Assembly (NCBI GenBank): GCA_963693365.1
Contig: CAVNZM010000002.1
Coordinates: 5,286,259 to 5,350,258, forward strand
DNA: 64,000 nucleotides
Direction: 5' to 3'
DNA from: Amoebidium appalachense
Lineage: Eukaryota > Protista > Ichthyosporea
Position 1 is the first letter of the stretch; each line of letters opens with the position of its first letter. A program made the position numbers and the translations under genes. Positions 1 to 18,398 of this stretch are shown piece after piece. The notes beneath the pieces were generated by a model that was given only the letters and a program-made list of their open reading frames with translations, was not told where the DNA came from and searched no databases.

Positions 1-34
1 CTAACGAAACGAATCTTTGGAAAGATGCTGTTAC

Positions 35-3881
<3,847 letters not shown>

Positions 3882-4515
3882 CTAGAAAATTGCGCCAATC
3901 AAACACTTTCGTAAATTACCACAATTGGATACACCTCACCAGACAACCAATCGGAAGGCGTGAGCCACTTCAACATCAGGGTTTGCGCAATCAAGATGAA
4001 TCCCGGCCGGCGCGCGGCGTCGACTGTTCTGTGTCTGGTTCTGTGCATCTCTTGAAGTATAATAATTGGAAATATTTTATTATTATTATTATTATTTGAA
4101 GAAACGAAAAATATGCGGAAGTGCCATTAATTAAAGCCTAATAGCAAAGTAATATCAATCTGTAGCTTCTGCTCATATAGCTCTCAGTGATGCGCGTGGT
4201 GCCAATCAGCACATCTGAACACTATCGATTTGCTCTATCGAAACCATCATAGATTTTGGGGGCCTAGGCTGTGTGGCAAAAAAGCCTTAAGTTTGCCATA
4301 TATACTTATACATCATTATCGACAGGTAATTTTTTTTTATTTTTTATTTTATTTTTTTTTTTTTTTGGGGGGGGGGGGGGGAGGGAGGGGGGGGGTGGGG
4401 GGGGGGGGGAGGGGAGGGGGCACTACTCTTGAAGAACACTTCACATGGATGAAAAGTTCAGAGGGTTTCTCTCCTCTCTCCCTGACTTTTTGGTTTGTGG
4501 TTTCGAAGCCTACCG

Positions 4516-4585
<70 letters not shown>

Positions 4586-4713
4586 CCTCCCTCCCTCCCT
4601 CCCTCCCTCCCTCCCTCCCTCCCTCCCTCCCTCCCTCCCTCCCTCCCTCTCTCTCTCTCTCCCAATCACACACACACACACACACACACACACTCTCTCT
4701 CTCTCTCTATCTA

Positions 4714-4777
<64 letters not shown>

Positions 4778-5488
4778 CATCTATCTATCCTTCTCTCGAT
4801 CTCTCTCGATCTCTCTCCCCCTCTCTTCCCCCCCCCCCCCCCCCCCCCCTTTTCCCCTTGTCTCCTCCCCCCATCCCCTTCGTTGGATTAATTTTTCGTG
4901 GGACTGGAAGAAATTTCAAAATGTCAACACCATCTGCTGGTGGGCTCTGTTCGTGCACCTTGCCCGCACAATTCTTTCGGTGTTTCCAGTCTGTGCGGTG
5001 GCTTTGCCATATTGTGTGCGTTGTATGCTTCTCTTCCCTCCGAACTTAAGTGCACATGTTCCCCCCCTCCCAGCCCTTTCCTCGGAAAATACACCCACCC
5101 AGCTAGATCCAGAAAACCACAAATCGGTACTACAATGCTCATTAAAGTTCTGTCACATGTCATTGCCCCCCCCCCCTCCCCCCCCCCCCCCCCCCCACCC
5201 CTATCTCCACCCCCCGCCTCGCGGTACACACACACCCCTCCCCCCCCCCCCCCTCTCCCCCCCCTTTCCCCCTTCCCCACTCTCCCCTTCCCCCCTTCCC
5301 CCCTCTCCCCCCCCTTTCTCTGTTCCCCCCTCCCCCCCTCTCCGGGCCACCACTACCACCACCGCCACCACCAAATTCCCAAACCCGGGCACTGTCTGCA
5401 TGTAATCATGTGCACTCGGTGTGCTCTGCAATCATGTTGTCCGTCGTGAATGTGTGCATCGTATTCTGCAGCTGTGGCATGTTGGTAT

Positions 5489-5529
<41 letters not shown>

Positions 5530-5837
5530 AGCCCCGCGCCTCACCCATCCTCACTCCTCCCTGTAGGCGCAATCATAAGAGTCATCCTAGACATCATCAT
5601 AATTAGATAACCTATGTTGCTTCAATGATTTGAAGTCTCAGATATTCATATGGTACATAATATTTTCCTTGCTAAACGTAAAAAATGGCCACCCACAGTT
5701 AGAACCCGGTGTTGTGATTGGTCCAGGCAATCTCCTATCCGGCGTTTCATTGGTCTAAATTCGGTCTTCAGTCCCAACAACATAATTGGCGCAAAGCCAC
5801 TAGCCATTATGATATAGCAGGGCCAAAGGGTCTGTTC

Positions 5838-5871
<34 letters not shown>

Positions 5872-7236
5872 CCCAGCTCTCTTCCTCCGTCCTCACACAA
5901 AAACATGTACACTAGATGAAAGATTGATGATACAACTCAGAAATTTATTTGTTATGTGTTTAAACGCTCGGTGCGCCATGGGATACTGCGTTAAAAACAC
6001 GCAAAATACATGTGCATGTAACTGCAGGCAAGAATCTCATCTCTGTGACCCCTGGCTGGATCAGGCAAAACGATGGCTCGCAGGTGCTGAGTGGCCACGT
6101 TATTTGACTTGAATAAAAATCTACGTCTATCCGAATGGCTGAATTATTTAATAAAATGATACATATATTCAATAATGCTCAAGCAAAACTCGGTCTGTTG
6201 CCAGCCATCACGTGTAACGGTTCCTGTTACAATGGAAGAATCAGTCAGATTCCACATTACACGGCATTTACACAGTACATATCCTGGGTAAATAACACTA
6301 TAATGAAAAGCCAGCCGTAAAACGTATGGTAAATCAATTTTATTGCGAGTGTTTTGCACCCAGCCATGCCAAACCAATAGGAAGCCGGCCACTGTCGTGG
6401 CCTGCCCTAGCTTGTATTAACCTCCGTCACAGAGAAACTCTCCTTGGGCATTGCCAAAGGATTTGCCCAAGGAAGAACAGTTTAAGTTTGCAGGCACTAA
6501 TAGTTCAACTTGACATTCTCATCGAAAGTTTTAAAGCCAACGTCCTCGGAGCCAAAAGGTGCTTCAGGCTCATCATAAGCGGATTTTTTCGGGACCGCAT
6601 AGCCAAAATTAACGTCGGGGAACGATTGGCCGGCCTTGCTTACTGTCAGCATCGTCTGCCCATCTGGGGTGCCATCGTTGTCCACCACCGCATCATGCGT
6701 ACTCGTTGCGCACAGTGCGGTCCGACATGATTCAAGTTCAACGGCACATCATTACAGGCTGAGTGGTAGTGCTCGATGCCTCACGGCAAATTTGATTATT
6801 GATGATATCCCACTGTCCGCACTGTGACGTATTACCAAGGAGCACGTGAATATTAGTGTGCCTTCCGCATAATCATGAGCATATGATAAAACGGATTGCC
6901 AACCCATGCTCTGGGCCTGGGTGCAGCCCAAAAAAAGAAAGGGCAATGTTCGACCGTGCCTCAGGACTTGGTCTGCAAATGCATTTAGATATATCCCTCC
7001 CCCCTCCATGGCCTCAGAAGTTCCCCACCGGGCCAGCCGGGAGAGCCACACACGGTGGTACCGTGACACTTCTCACCACCCCCGATTGGTTCGGGAAGGG
7101 GAGGGCCGGGGGGTAGGGGGGGGGGGGGGGGGGGGAGGACTCAGTGAAGGTGTTGTATTTTATTATGGGTCAAGATGTGTGTGACATGTACAGTGCACCC
7201 TGAGTGTGTGTTCAATAGTATACGCCACGGTCAAAT

Positions 7237-7318
<82 letters not shown>

Positions 7319-9015
7319 TGTGTGCGCGCGTGTGTCAAATGTGTGTGTGTGTGCATGTGTGCCGTGACGGTGTACGGCGTGTGTGCGACTGTGCGTGTGT
7401 GCGTGTGCGTGTGCTTGCCGCACGGTGTGGGTGTTTTGTGTGTCACGCCGCGCGTGTGTTAACTTTTGGACGGTGTGTGTGTTCGTTTGGTGGCACACTT
7501 TACATAAAACCAACCGTCGGGTTGAGTCAATATGAATGATGTCCAGTCTTTCACATACTTCAACAGCAACAACCGTTGCAATTGATATAACTCCACGAGG
7601 CTCCAAAAAAAAAAAGAAGGAAGAGAGAAAAATCAGAAAACAAGGGGGGGGGGGGGGGGGGGGGGGCTTTACAAGAAGGAAACCTTAACCACTACGAATC
7701 GGACCACTCAATAAACCTAAAAAGCCTGAAAACAAAACTGAACAAGTTCTAAATGAGTCTTGAGTAGAAGTACAAAAACTTAAGTTAGGCGAATGACCCC
7801 GTGGTGAGGCCGCATCATGGTATTGTCGTTGTCAAACGGTGCTACCGAAATTATTTCAACGGTCGTCTTCGACGTCTGCACAGTGGATTAACTGTTCACA
7901 GTTTTAATTACGTACGGCATCGACAAGTATGGCTGCACGGCCCATTGGACCTGACCAATAGCGGCACATACTCTACTGGGCATGATTTCTGGTGTTAGGC
8001 CCGCACGCATTGTACATTATACCCCCCTGTCACAGGAAATTTTTGCACCGGGAAGCTTTTGCACCAGATCGTCTCTCTAGACTCTTATGGAAAAGGCTAC
8101 CTAACCTTGTTCGAAATGGAGTTCTGTCTCTGTTCTGTTTTTCAGAATACTTTACGCCCTCCTTATGTGTATATGTGTTTCTCCGTAGGGTTTCAGTTCT
8201 ATGCTGATTTCTTCACTAAGTTGACTCCAACTCCCAAATTCATTATCCCCCCCCCCCCCCCCCCCCCCCCCCACGAGTCCTTAGCAACGGGGGGGTTAGA
8301 GGGACATAAGCTGACTTTCTTTGGCTACCCAAAAATGTTCATGATAAACTCAACAAAAACACAGCCATTATGAATTAACGTGTAACTCATATCATAGTTT
8401 TAAATGCTAACATTACCAATGAGCACAAAACTCCCAGTGAAAACCCAATTGATTAACAACAATCCAATTATTCCATCAACCTCCTATGCAAAAATTTCCC
8501 CATGCAAAAACTTCCTGTGCAACCCCCCCTTTCTCCCTTACCCTCCCCCCCCCCCCCCCCCCCCCCGCCCCGTCCACCCCTCCCCCCCCCCTCCCCCCGG
8601 GGGCCTCTCCCCGCCCCCCCCCCCCCCGGGGGGAGGGCCTGCGGGGGGAGAAGTAAGTTTTTATAAATTGTTATACGTATGCCCATGCGCCAGGCTGCAC
8701 TGCGGTCTGGCAGTGAGACGCACATGCACTGGACTGATGACCGAGCCCTGCCGCCTGTTAGGCCATATGTACACAGTAACGTGTTATATGCAGCCTATGA
8801 TGCCGTACGTTGCTGTACGTGAAATCTTGAAAAATTCATGATCACGGTGTTCGACAATCATATATTAAACAAAACACAGCCTGCCAGTGGTAGTAGGGGC
8901 TGGCGGGGAGGGCTGCTGCTTAGCCTTTCCTTAACATATTGGTTTTTTAGTAGTGAGGAGTTCAGTCCCAAACTTTCGTAAGGTTGCGTTTTCTGATTAC
9001 AAATACACACACCGT

Positions 9016-9073
<58 letters not shown>

Positions 9074-10091
9074 CCTAAATTTGGCGAGCGTGCACACACG
9101 CAAACGCGTGGCGCACACATGCAGGCACCCTGAGTCTCAGGCACACACCAAATACACGCTGTGGAACACACAGTGACACTGTGCACCGTCACAGTTCCAC
9201 GCTTTCAGTCCATCTCCCGGCCCTCCCCCCCTTCCCCCCCCCCCCCCCCCCCCCCCCCTTCACTTTCAAGATTTTGCCTGTTGGGCTGTTTTCTGGGAGG
9301 ATTCATTTGGGAGGCCTTAGGTCTGTGTGTCGCCGGGTGGGGAGGGGAGGGGGGGGGGGGAGGGGGGGGAGGGGAGGGGAAGGGGAGGGGGGGAGGGGGA
9401 GGGGGATATAGCACTCTAGATTAGCTAAGACCGTCACTATTCTACTAGTTACTATAGTGCGGGCGACTGCCCCAGGGCCGGGCGGTGGCCTAGAGCACTG
9501 CAGTGCCAGACTACTGTACCAGTTAAAGTGCATGACTGACCATGTCACCGTGTTGCTTTGCCGTCTGTACATACAGCCACTGGCCAGGGCGTGAGCAGGC
9601 CATGCATTCAGTTTAGTTATTCTGAGTACATTATTTAGGGCACAGGCAAGTAAAACGGTTTCCAAGGCTTTTGATTAGGCCTTAAGTTTGCTTTCGACGT
9701 GATTGGTTGATGACGGTTTTAAAAAAATCTTTCGAAATCAAGCATATTGCGTGTGTGTGCACACACGGTCACACACAGACACACACACCAACACACACGT
9801 ATTGGCAGCAGAAACACAATCGCAGATCTTCGGACTGTGACAGCCTGGCGGGTGGCACGATCTTTTTTGTTAGAAATCCACGGTTGGTTGGTTTCGGCTC
9901 GGCAGTTTTTTGCATGTTCCCATTCGATTTGTTCGAACCTGTTGCAAGTTTCGTGTTCGTGTAAACACCGGTACCAATCATCATCAGTCGCCTGTATATG
10001 TGTGTGTTCACCCACCTACCCACCCACCCACCCATGGCTACACATAAATCCATCCACCACCCACCCACCCACCCACACACACACAGTCATA

Positions 10092-10129
<38 letters not shown>

Positions 10130-10131
10130 CA

Positions 10132-10202
<71 letters not shown>

Positions 10203-10383
10203 GCACGCACGCACACACACACACCGTACACACATGTGACACACACATGTGTGCGTATAGACACACACATGTGACAGTCACGCACACACACACACACACA
10301 CATACACACAAACCGTCATACAGACACGTGTGCACATGTACACACATGTACATATGTTCACGACATTGTGTACTAATATTAGT

Positions 10384-10442
<59 letters not shown>

Positions 10443-10688
10443 GGCCGCACACACACACGCCAAGACACACACCGGCACACATACACATACGCACACACGC
10501 GCGCGCGCACAAGGGAACACGCGTGCAATATAATTATTCAACACCTGACACACGCGTACACACGTACACACACACACACACGCACGCACATGTACGCACA
10601 TACACAGTGACTGACACACACGCACGCACACACGCCTGGATAACAGTTTAGGTACACCTGACACACACACACACACATATACACATGT

Positions 10689-10753
<65 letters not shown>

Positions 10754-10879
10754 ACATAAACACACGTGCACACACACAGTGTCAAACCGTGCACACACAC
10801 ACACATACACGCACGGCGTACGCATGTGCGCAAGCGCGCGCACATACATACACACGTGGCGCGTGCGCACACACACAGT

Positions 10880-10960
<81 letters not shown>

Positions 10961-11036
10961 GCTGGACGTAGTAAATATAACACAGAGCCGGCCCTCCCCC
11001 CCCCCCCCCCCCCCCCCCCCCACCACCATCACCACC

Positions 11037-11398
11037 ACCAGCCCCCATCCAGCCAACCCAAGCCATACCCCTTTCCCAACACGCTCACACGTACACCAGC
11101 ACCGTGTGACCACGACATATAGTTGCCCACGCGTGGCCAGGCTGGATAGCACACACAATATTGAAAAAATGAAAGTGAAAAAATAGAAGCCCCAGGCCTG
11201 ATCATTCGATTTTGTGTACCAGCCCCCATCCACCCAACCCAAGCCATCCCCCTTTCCCAACACGCTCACACGTACACCAGCGCCGTGTGACCACGACATA
11301 TAGTTGCCCACGCGTGGCCAGGCTGGATAGCACACACAATATTGAAAAAATGAAAGTGAAAAAATAGAAGCCCCAGGCCTGATCATTCGATTTTGTGT
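11037..11398. repeat. Tandem duplication, 2 x 181 bp
   Basis: ACCAGCCCCCATCCA...GATCATTCGATTTTGTGT starts at 11037 and 11218 with only a few substitutions. Confidence 0.95.
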
Positions 11399-14255
11399 GC
11401 AGTATCAATATTTGAATCATTATTAATATTCCCGGATCTCAGCATCACGATATAAGTGCCATGATGGACCACATGGTTGCAGTGATAGCTGGGACTCCCT
11501 CGTGTCCGCTGGCAGGGTGAGTTCCCCAGACGCGGCGATCCAAGGTGATAACAATCAACAACAACGTGACTTTTGACATGCATGTCAACGCGACGGTCCG
11601 TCACTGCTAGAGCTCCTCCTCGAGGCGGCCATATATGCATCCCATATGGCCGGTACACCGGTGATTGATCAGTCGACAGCTCCAGCTGATCATGACCCAA
11701 GGCACTTTGGTAAATTGCTGCCACGGCGTATATATATACAAACGGCAGAAGTGCACTCGGGCCTGTCTGCCTGTAGCCACGTTATGAGCTGTACCAAGGC
11801 TTCTCCAGTTCTTTGTTGGCCATGGGTCATAGTACTGCATATACCATGCATGCTGACCAGATCTAGAGCGGCGCCGGCTCTGATAAGGTAAGTGTATCCA
11901 GTCACTGACAGCAGCCAAGTAGTGCAGCCGCACTCAGTCCCACTGCACGTGCACATGCTGAGTCCCTTATCCGATACTATAAATATAAAGTAATTCGAAG
12001 AATAATCGTTAGCCCACCCGGCAGTCTGGGTAATCGCCGAATAAATAAAGTGTCTAATAAATTACTTGGTTTTTATGTTATCCACGGTTCAAAATGTTGT
12101 GCGGCCGCAGGCTCTCAGCCCGGGGAAACCCCCGCAGTATCTCAAGTCGAGAAGTGATGATTGGATGCGCGCTAGACCAATGAATGGTATTCAATTTATC
12201 CGGAGAATTCGGTGATATCGATCGCGGAAAGTTGTGGGGTTCATGATCAGGATTTCTCCCCGCCGTCAGAGTGATACAGTCGTCCGACGTTGAACTTGAC
12301 CACGCTGCACACAGTAGTAGTAATAGTTACAGTGCGCCCAATATAACACAGCATTTGTTATGAAATAATATGTCAATTGTACATGAAAGGTGGTTTTGAT
12401 GGCCTTCTAACGTGGCATACGTGCCCTGCAAACGAGAAGCCTGCGAATTTAGCGTTGAGCCCTATTTTCAGAGCATGTTGCAAGATAGGTGTGAGTTTTT
12501 ATGTCGCGTTTTACCTCTTTCCCCACGGGTCTCTGCTACACTGGCTGGCAATGTGACCACTTTGGACTTTTTGTTGAATTCTGTTGGTCGTCACATTGAG
12601 TATTTATATGATTTTCACACAGTGTTCAGGTATCTCAGTATGCACTTGTTACTGGATAACTCGTGAAGAGTTTCATTGTCTTCTCAGTATGCCGTGCATA
12701 CTTGCATATCTTTCCGTCGAATAAATCCAGTCAAAAGAAAAAATATTTTCAGACATGTTTCGAGTTAAACCGAAAAAGCTCGATTCTCCGGAAACACTTG
12801 CCAACCCGATCGAGTGGTCCACCATGAAGTCACAAATGCGTCTTTCTGTCGTCACTTTGGCAACTTGGGCGCACATCTGCCAGCTGCGGCCTGCCGCTTG
12901 GCCGAAGTCTGCGAGTCGACTCAGTCGAGCTTCTTTGTAGTTACGATATCAAAATGAGATTACTTTTTAATAGAAGTGACAACATCACTGCTTCATACGT
13001 GCCCACCTTTTTTCGAGAGCTCTCCGCCTGATAAAAACGTGTAGGACTCTGCGCGGCAGTTGGATCACGGGCCCGGCGCTTCGAAATCAGGAATTTCCGG
13101 TTCCGGCCGACGCCATGATAGAGCTGAAATATTTTGGCTAGGCTATCTAGAATATCCAAGCCTATTGACAGAAATTTATGCAGGAAACGCAAATAATTCG
13201 ATCAACCGGCTTTCTTAAACATCGAATTTATGTGAGCACAAAATTAATTAGTACATAGAGCTACAGTCACTAATACCCGTAGATTTTTTTTTTTGTTACT
13301 GCACATCTATGACTGTATGACAAAGCGTTAAATCTTGACAAAAATTAATCTTGGATGCATCTGGCAGTTGGATAGGTTTTCAGGTAGAATAGAATGGAAG
13401 ACAACGCCAATCAAAAGGTCCTTTCGCACATTCCAATCAATATCCTGCCATTCTGGGTAAACCCCTGGAGACTGGCCGAGTAGCCTGACTCGGACTGAGT
13501 GAGAAGAGTGCGGTCGTCATCATGGCACGCTCGGGGTGGACATGAGATTCACAGAAGCCGAACATAGAGGAAGAAAACAAATCAATATTTCCCCCGTGTA
13601 TTAGTATTTTGGAACTTTGTGTTTTTGAACCACACAGCATCAACATCGACGCCGAATCGTTGATGCTTTCACAAATTCAACAGCGGCTCAGTCTTCAAAG
13701 TATGCAGTCTAATACGATTGGTTGTTACAGCATCACCAAAGGAGTGCAAATCTTTCGAATCTGTTGTGGGAAGTCCGTTTGGGCACAACCGGTGCAGACA
13801 ACAGGTAAGGTCACCCACGTGCACACGTGCGTGCGCGTATATCTTTTATTACGTTGTCATTTGTATTAGGATATTACGCGAACAAGCTAGGACAGGCAAA
13901 GTTTCAATCTATCAGCTAGCGAATTCATTCAGCTGTACGCCTGGGGCCATACGAAGGCCATATGTACATATCATGGTGTGATTCCGGGTGACCGGCCGTG
14001 GCGCTGCCACAGCATGATAGCTGGCCGTTGGTGTGATATCGCGGTCGATGGTTCTAACGTATTGTGCATCTCAGGTGGTACAGTGTGGTGGGAGAAAGGA
14101 AGGGTTTTTCTAATGACTCGGTGCCAAGGCTGCCAGGCCTCCAGAGATGCAGAAAACAAACCCGCATCACCGAAGCATTCAGAGCGTCCTACATCGGAGG
14201 CCCCTAAGGCACCACCCGGGCTTTCGAATCTTTCTGCTCCCCTCTAACTTTTCCT

Positions 14256-14377
14256 CCAATTAGAATGGGCATATAACCAAAATGCGGATTCCATATGTAC
14301 AGCACCAATCATAGCTGCTTCTAAAGCCGCAAACCAATAACAATTGGCGAAGGTCGGATTTGAGCGAGTCCTATAAA
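14256..14377 (+). promoter_or_regulatory. Putative core promoter of the GATA gene
   Basis: CCAAT at 14256, 14305 and 14334, ATTGG at 14343, and TATAAA at 14372, about 150 bp upstream of ATG 14521. Confidence 0.5.
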
Positions 14378-14520
14378 TTCACACCACTCATAACATGGGC
14401 GTCATAACTTTGTAGGACTCATTCTGTGTTCGTGATCTGGCCCGTAGATCACTCCGAGCTGTGTGCAAAGCATAAGTCACTTACCAATGGCGGGCGACCG
14501 TCATTTTGCGAGCTCTAGAT

Positions 14521-15936
14521 ATGGCGTGTGTGGATGCCCCTCAGAACTTATTTTCGCGGCATTTTCGTCTTTCCAGTAGTTGTTCTACTACGCAGCTCGT
14601 AGGAGACTGCGCAGATCTAGACCTTAGCGGGTGTCTGTCCATGGAAACGTTCTTTTCTGTTGGACAGGGAGACACTCTGGACATCGAATTCACACCAGAA
14701 ATCTCTGAATTATGCGTGGCGCATTCTCTTTCTCTAGATGCACTCAAAACTTCGCGGGGAGCCGGCTCCTGCGATAGTCTAAATTCGCTCCCGAACATGA
14801 ACCAAACGGGAAAAAATGATGCACAGCCCGCACACAGTACTTCCCGAACTGCAGGGAGTAGAAGCCTGCCCCAGCCAGCTGGGCAACCTCTGCAAAGCAT
14901 TGGTGCCACCAACGACATTATGTTCTCTGACCTGTTCATGGCAAGTTCGGCAGTCATGCCAGCACAGCCTTTTCCTACACATCAGTCGCTCATGAGACTC
15001 CAACGGACACAACCACTATGGGGCCCGGGCTCAATGCCAACAATGGGTGTTGTCCGCACCAACACGCTGTCTGACTTCCCGCCATTTCTACAGCAAAACG
15101 CAGCAAGTGCCATGCAATTGTCTTTTGGCGCCAATGCAGCATCGCGTCGCCACAGCGAACCGAGCCGTTTTGACCAGGCACAGGCAGAGGCCCAGCTGGC
15201 AGCGTTTGCCCCCAATTCGCTGTCGTTTGATCTCGACACGGCCCTGCACCAATACGGACTACCCGCACAGCAACTACATATGCAACAGCGAGCAAACACC
15301 CTTCAATCGCAAACACAATTTACGACCAGTTCGCTCGACCAGGCATTAGCATCTCTTTTGGCAACGTCACACGATAAACCCATGGGTGCAACACCTGAAA
15401 AGGCCGCCCGAAAGGTTCTCAGTTTTCATGCCGTCCGGGCCAGAAAGCCATCAAAATCGCAACTCTCATCACAAACAGCAGATAACCGCTCACCACAACA
15501 ACGTGCAGCCTCCCCTTCCCTAATCATAATGGGCGATGATGAAAGGAGTTCAGCAGCGGGTTCAAACCTGTCGTCTTTCACCGACCTTGCTAGTATGACG
15601 TCACCAGGTCTTGAAAGACACAAGCACGAGGTTTTGGCTTCCCCACGGGACGACGCTTCGACATACAAACCAGCTACGTCTCCCGTAGGCGGCAACACCA
15701 CCACCCCGTCGTTCCTCCTTCACCCCAACGCGTCTTACAGCACGGATCTGAAGTGTGCACACTGTCAAACGGAGCACACAAGTGTATGGCGTAGGACGTC
15801 GGCCGGCGAGTTGGTGTGCAACGCGTGCGGGCTGTACTTCAAGATCCATTGCACTATCCGCCCCCAGGAAGTGAGCACTAGGAGGGCTGCAGTCAAGACA
15901 CGCCGGCGCCGGCGCCCCAGCGGCGGCCACCTGTGA
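14521..15936 (+). CDS. GATA-type zinc-finger transcription factor (single C-X2-C-X17-C-X2-C finger), intronless
   Basis: Long microsatellite-free ORF with an S/Q/A-rich N-terminus and C-terminal CAHCQTEHTSVWRRTSAGELVCNACGLYFKIH...RP followed by a basic tail KTRRRRR. The start codon could be 14521 or 14641. Confidence 0.93.
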   Translation: MACVDAPQNLFSRHFRLSSSCSTTQLVGDCADLDLSGCLSMETFFSVGQGDTLDIEFTPEISELCVAHSLSLDALKTSRGAGSCDSLNSLPNMNQTGKNDAQPAHSTSRTAGSRSLPQPAGQPLQSIGATNDIMFSDLFMASSAVMPAQPFPTHQSLMRLQRTQPLWGPGSMPTMGVVRTNTLSDFPPFLQQNAASAMQLSFGANAASRRHSEPSRFDQAQAEAQLAAFAPNSLSFDLDTALHQYGLPAQQLHMQQRANTLQSQTQFTTSSLDQALASLLATSHDKPMGATPEKAARKVLSFHAVRARKPSKSQLSSQTADNRSPQQRAASPSLIIMGDDERSSAAGSNLSSFTDLASMTSPGLERHKHEVLASPRDDASTYKPATSPVGGNTTTPSFLLHPNASYSTDLKCAHCQTEHTSVWRRTSAGELVCNACGLYFKIHCTIRPQEVSTRRAAVKTRRRRRPSGGHL

Positions 15937-17783
15937 ATGGTTTCATCCTTCCTTTTTCATTGTGTTGTTTATCATACGTATACAATGCCTATCTGCATAC
16001 ATTTTCCATTTTTCTATTTTTCCTTTTTGACCATCTAGCGCCATTACCGGCCTGCTGAGGTTTTTTAGTCGATTAGTGTACAAACTCTCACACTCGCACA
16101 CACACACACACACACAAGTTTGAGTACACGTATACACGCGCACAAACGCATACAACTGTGGTCACAGAGGTGTATCCATTTACCTAAATAACCTTAATGC
16201 ACTGTAATTATTACCTTCCACCTCCTACGCTTTCAGCGTGTCCCATAATGATGATGGTGTCCCTTTCACTGCATGTCGTTGGCAGTTAAGAACCCCAAAA
16301 TTCATGGCCGAATATGTGCAATTTGGAGTGATTTAAAACACTCCCCACCCTAAGATTTCAAAATTGATGTATATGTCTGCTGAACATGCTGAACAGAACA
16401 AACCTGTTTTTCAAAATGTTTACCGAGTGTTTTTATAACCGTGATATGTTTTCGTAATAATGGAATTTAATTCTTAACTCAGGGCTCTGCTGCGCAGAGG
16501 TTACAGGCACAGTCCGAATATCGGCTGGGCCGCATTTAGTCATCGGGCTGCGGGCGAGCCCTATTGTAAACCGTACATAGATTAACCATGCATGATCATT
16601 GGATGTTTAAAAGAAAATCTTGTGGATTTGATTGGTGTTGCGTCAGTGGCGTGCACCCCATTTTCTCTGAGGCACAAAAATAAAGTCATTGAACTTGATG
16701 TCGGTGGTATGCAAGGACACAATACCTTCACCATGACTGTATGTGGATGCCATATTGAATGTAATACTGGTTCAAAAATGTGAAGGACACGTAAGGAGTG
16801 TTCCAGAGAACTTTGCTAGAAATGACGACACCACTGCATGGATGGTGGTGATTGAGGGTGTGCGTGGTGGTTGTTTGGGGGGGGGGGGGGGGGGGGGGGG
16901 TTGAGAGAAAGAGAGCTAATAGAGAGAGAGAGTGTGTGTGAGCGCGCTGTGGCATGCAAGCGCTTGTGTGTGTTATACGTGTTCAGTGTTTTGTGTGTGA
17001 GTGTATGTACACGTGTGTGGTGGTGGTGGTGTCGGGGGGAGTATTTGCAGCATGTGCTGTGTGTGTGTGTGATACTGTACTGGCTGGGTGTGTGTACATG
17101 TGTGACTGTTTGTGCACGTGTGTACGGTGTTTGCAAGGCTTGTGTGTGTGACGTTGCGACTGCACTAGTACTGAAGTTATCAAAAGCACGGTGTGATAGT
17201 CGCAGCGGCGCATACTCCTTGTGTGACAACGTGTGGTTGACGTTGCTTAGCCTAATAACACGGGGCAACAAAACGTGTGACAGTTTCGTGGTGTTAGTGC
17301 ACTGTGTACATGTGTGGCAACGAATTTTGAACATGGCATATGTGTACTGTACGTTGTCCGAACCGGGGTGGGGTGGGTGTGGGCATAGTGTGCTGCAGTA
17401 TGCGCAAACCATTTGCCTGCCCAGGAGTCAGGAGAAGAGGGCAGGGATCATGTACGGATCCCCGAGCCGTTTTTTTGCTGAGGGAAGAAGGAAGTTTACT
17501 TTGCAACACGAGGCGTGAAACTATATATTGATATCATAGTAGATGTGTTGATGCTCAGTTGTGTTGAACTGACTGGCGGCAGTTGGGCTTTGCTGCCACA
17601 AACTCTAGTGAATTCGAAGATCTGGCCGTGCTCATATGCATACATATCATGTGGGGATGTATATATTCGAATATACGGCATTGATCGATAGTATGATTCT
17701 GAGGCGTGTTCGCGTGTGCCGACGCGCAACCAAAGCTGCAGCAGAGCTGATCATGTTCCGAACGGTTCTGACTCATGGCCATC

Positions 17784-17827
<44 letters not shown>

Positions 17828-17965
17828 ACACACACATGTACGCACACACGCCACATAAAAGTCTTTCCCCTCCACAATCTTAGTCGAGTGCCTCCTCAAG
17901 CACCCCCCCCCCCCCCCTCCTACCCTCCCCCCTCCCTCCCCGCTCCCCTTCCCCCCTCTTCCTCC

Positions 17966-18047
<82 letters not shown>

Positions 18048-18365
18048 CTCAAACACAAATACAAACACAAACACACACACAGACACACACATCATTACCA
18101 GACTGCACAAATAATTTGCTATTTGGTATACCCGTACGGTTTCAGGCCACTTCATTCTATCCCTCAAAACTGATGTCAAAGTTAATTAAATCATTACCTA
18201 CAGGTCTCCGTCATTTGATTAGCTTATGGTGATCATCGTAGTGCTTTCTCTTCGATTGACCGGGACAGCTCCAAAGCGGAAAAGCCCTTGCTTCGAAGGT
18301 GCTCTGACGTATGCCATGCTAAACCGTCGTTTATCATTGGTGCACCAAGTAGAAAAACCCTGGCC

Positions 18366-18398
<33 letters not shown>

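Noticed and set aside
6497-7069. Minus-strand ORFs with protein-like composition (6497-6688, 6752-7069)
   Set aside because: There is no recognisable motif, stops lie between them, and I found no consistent splice path.
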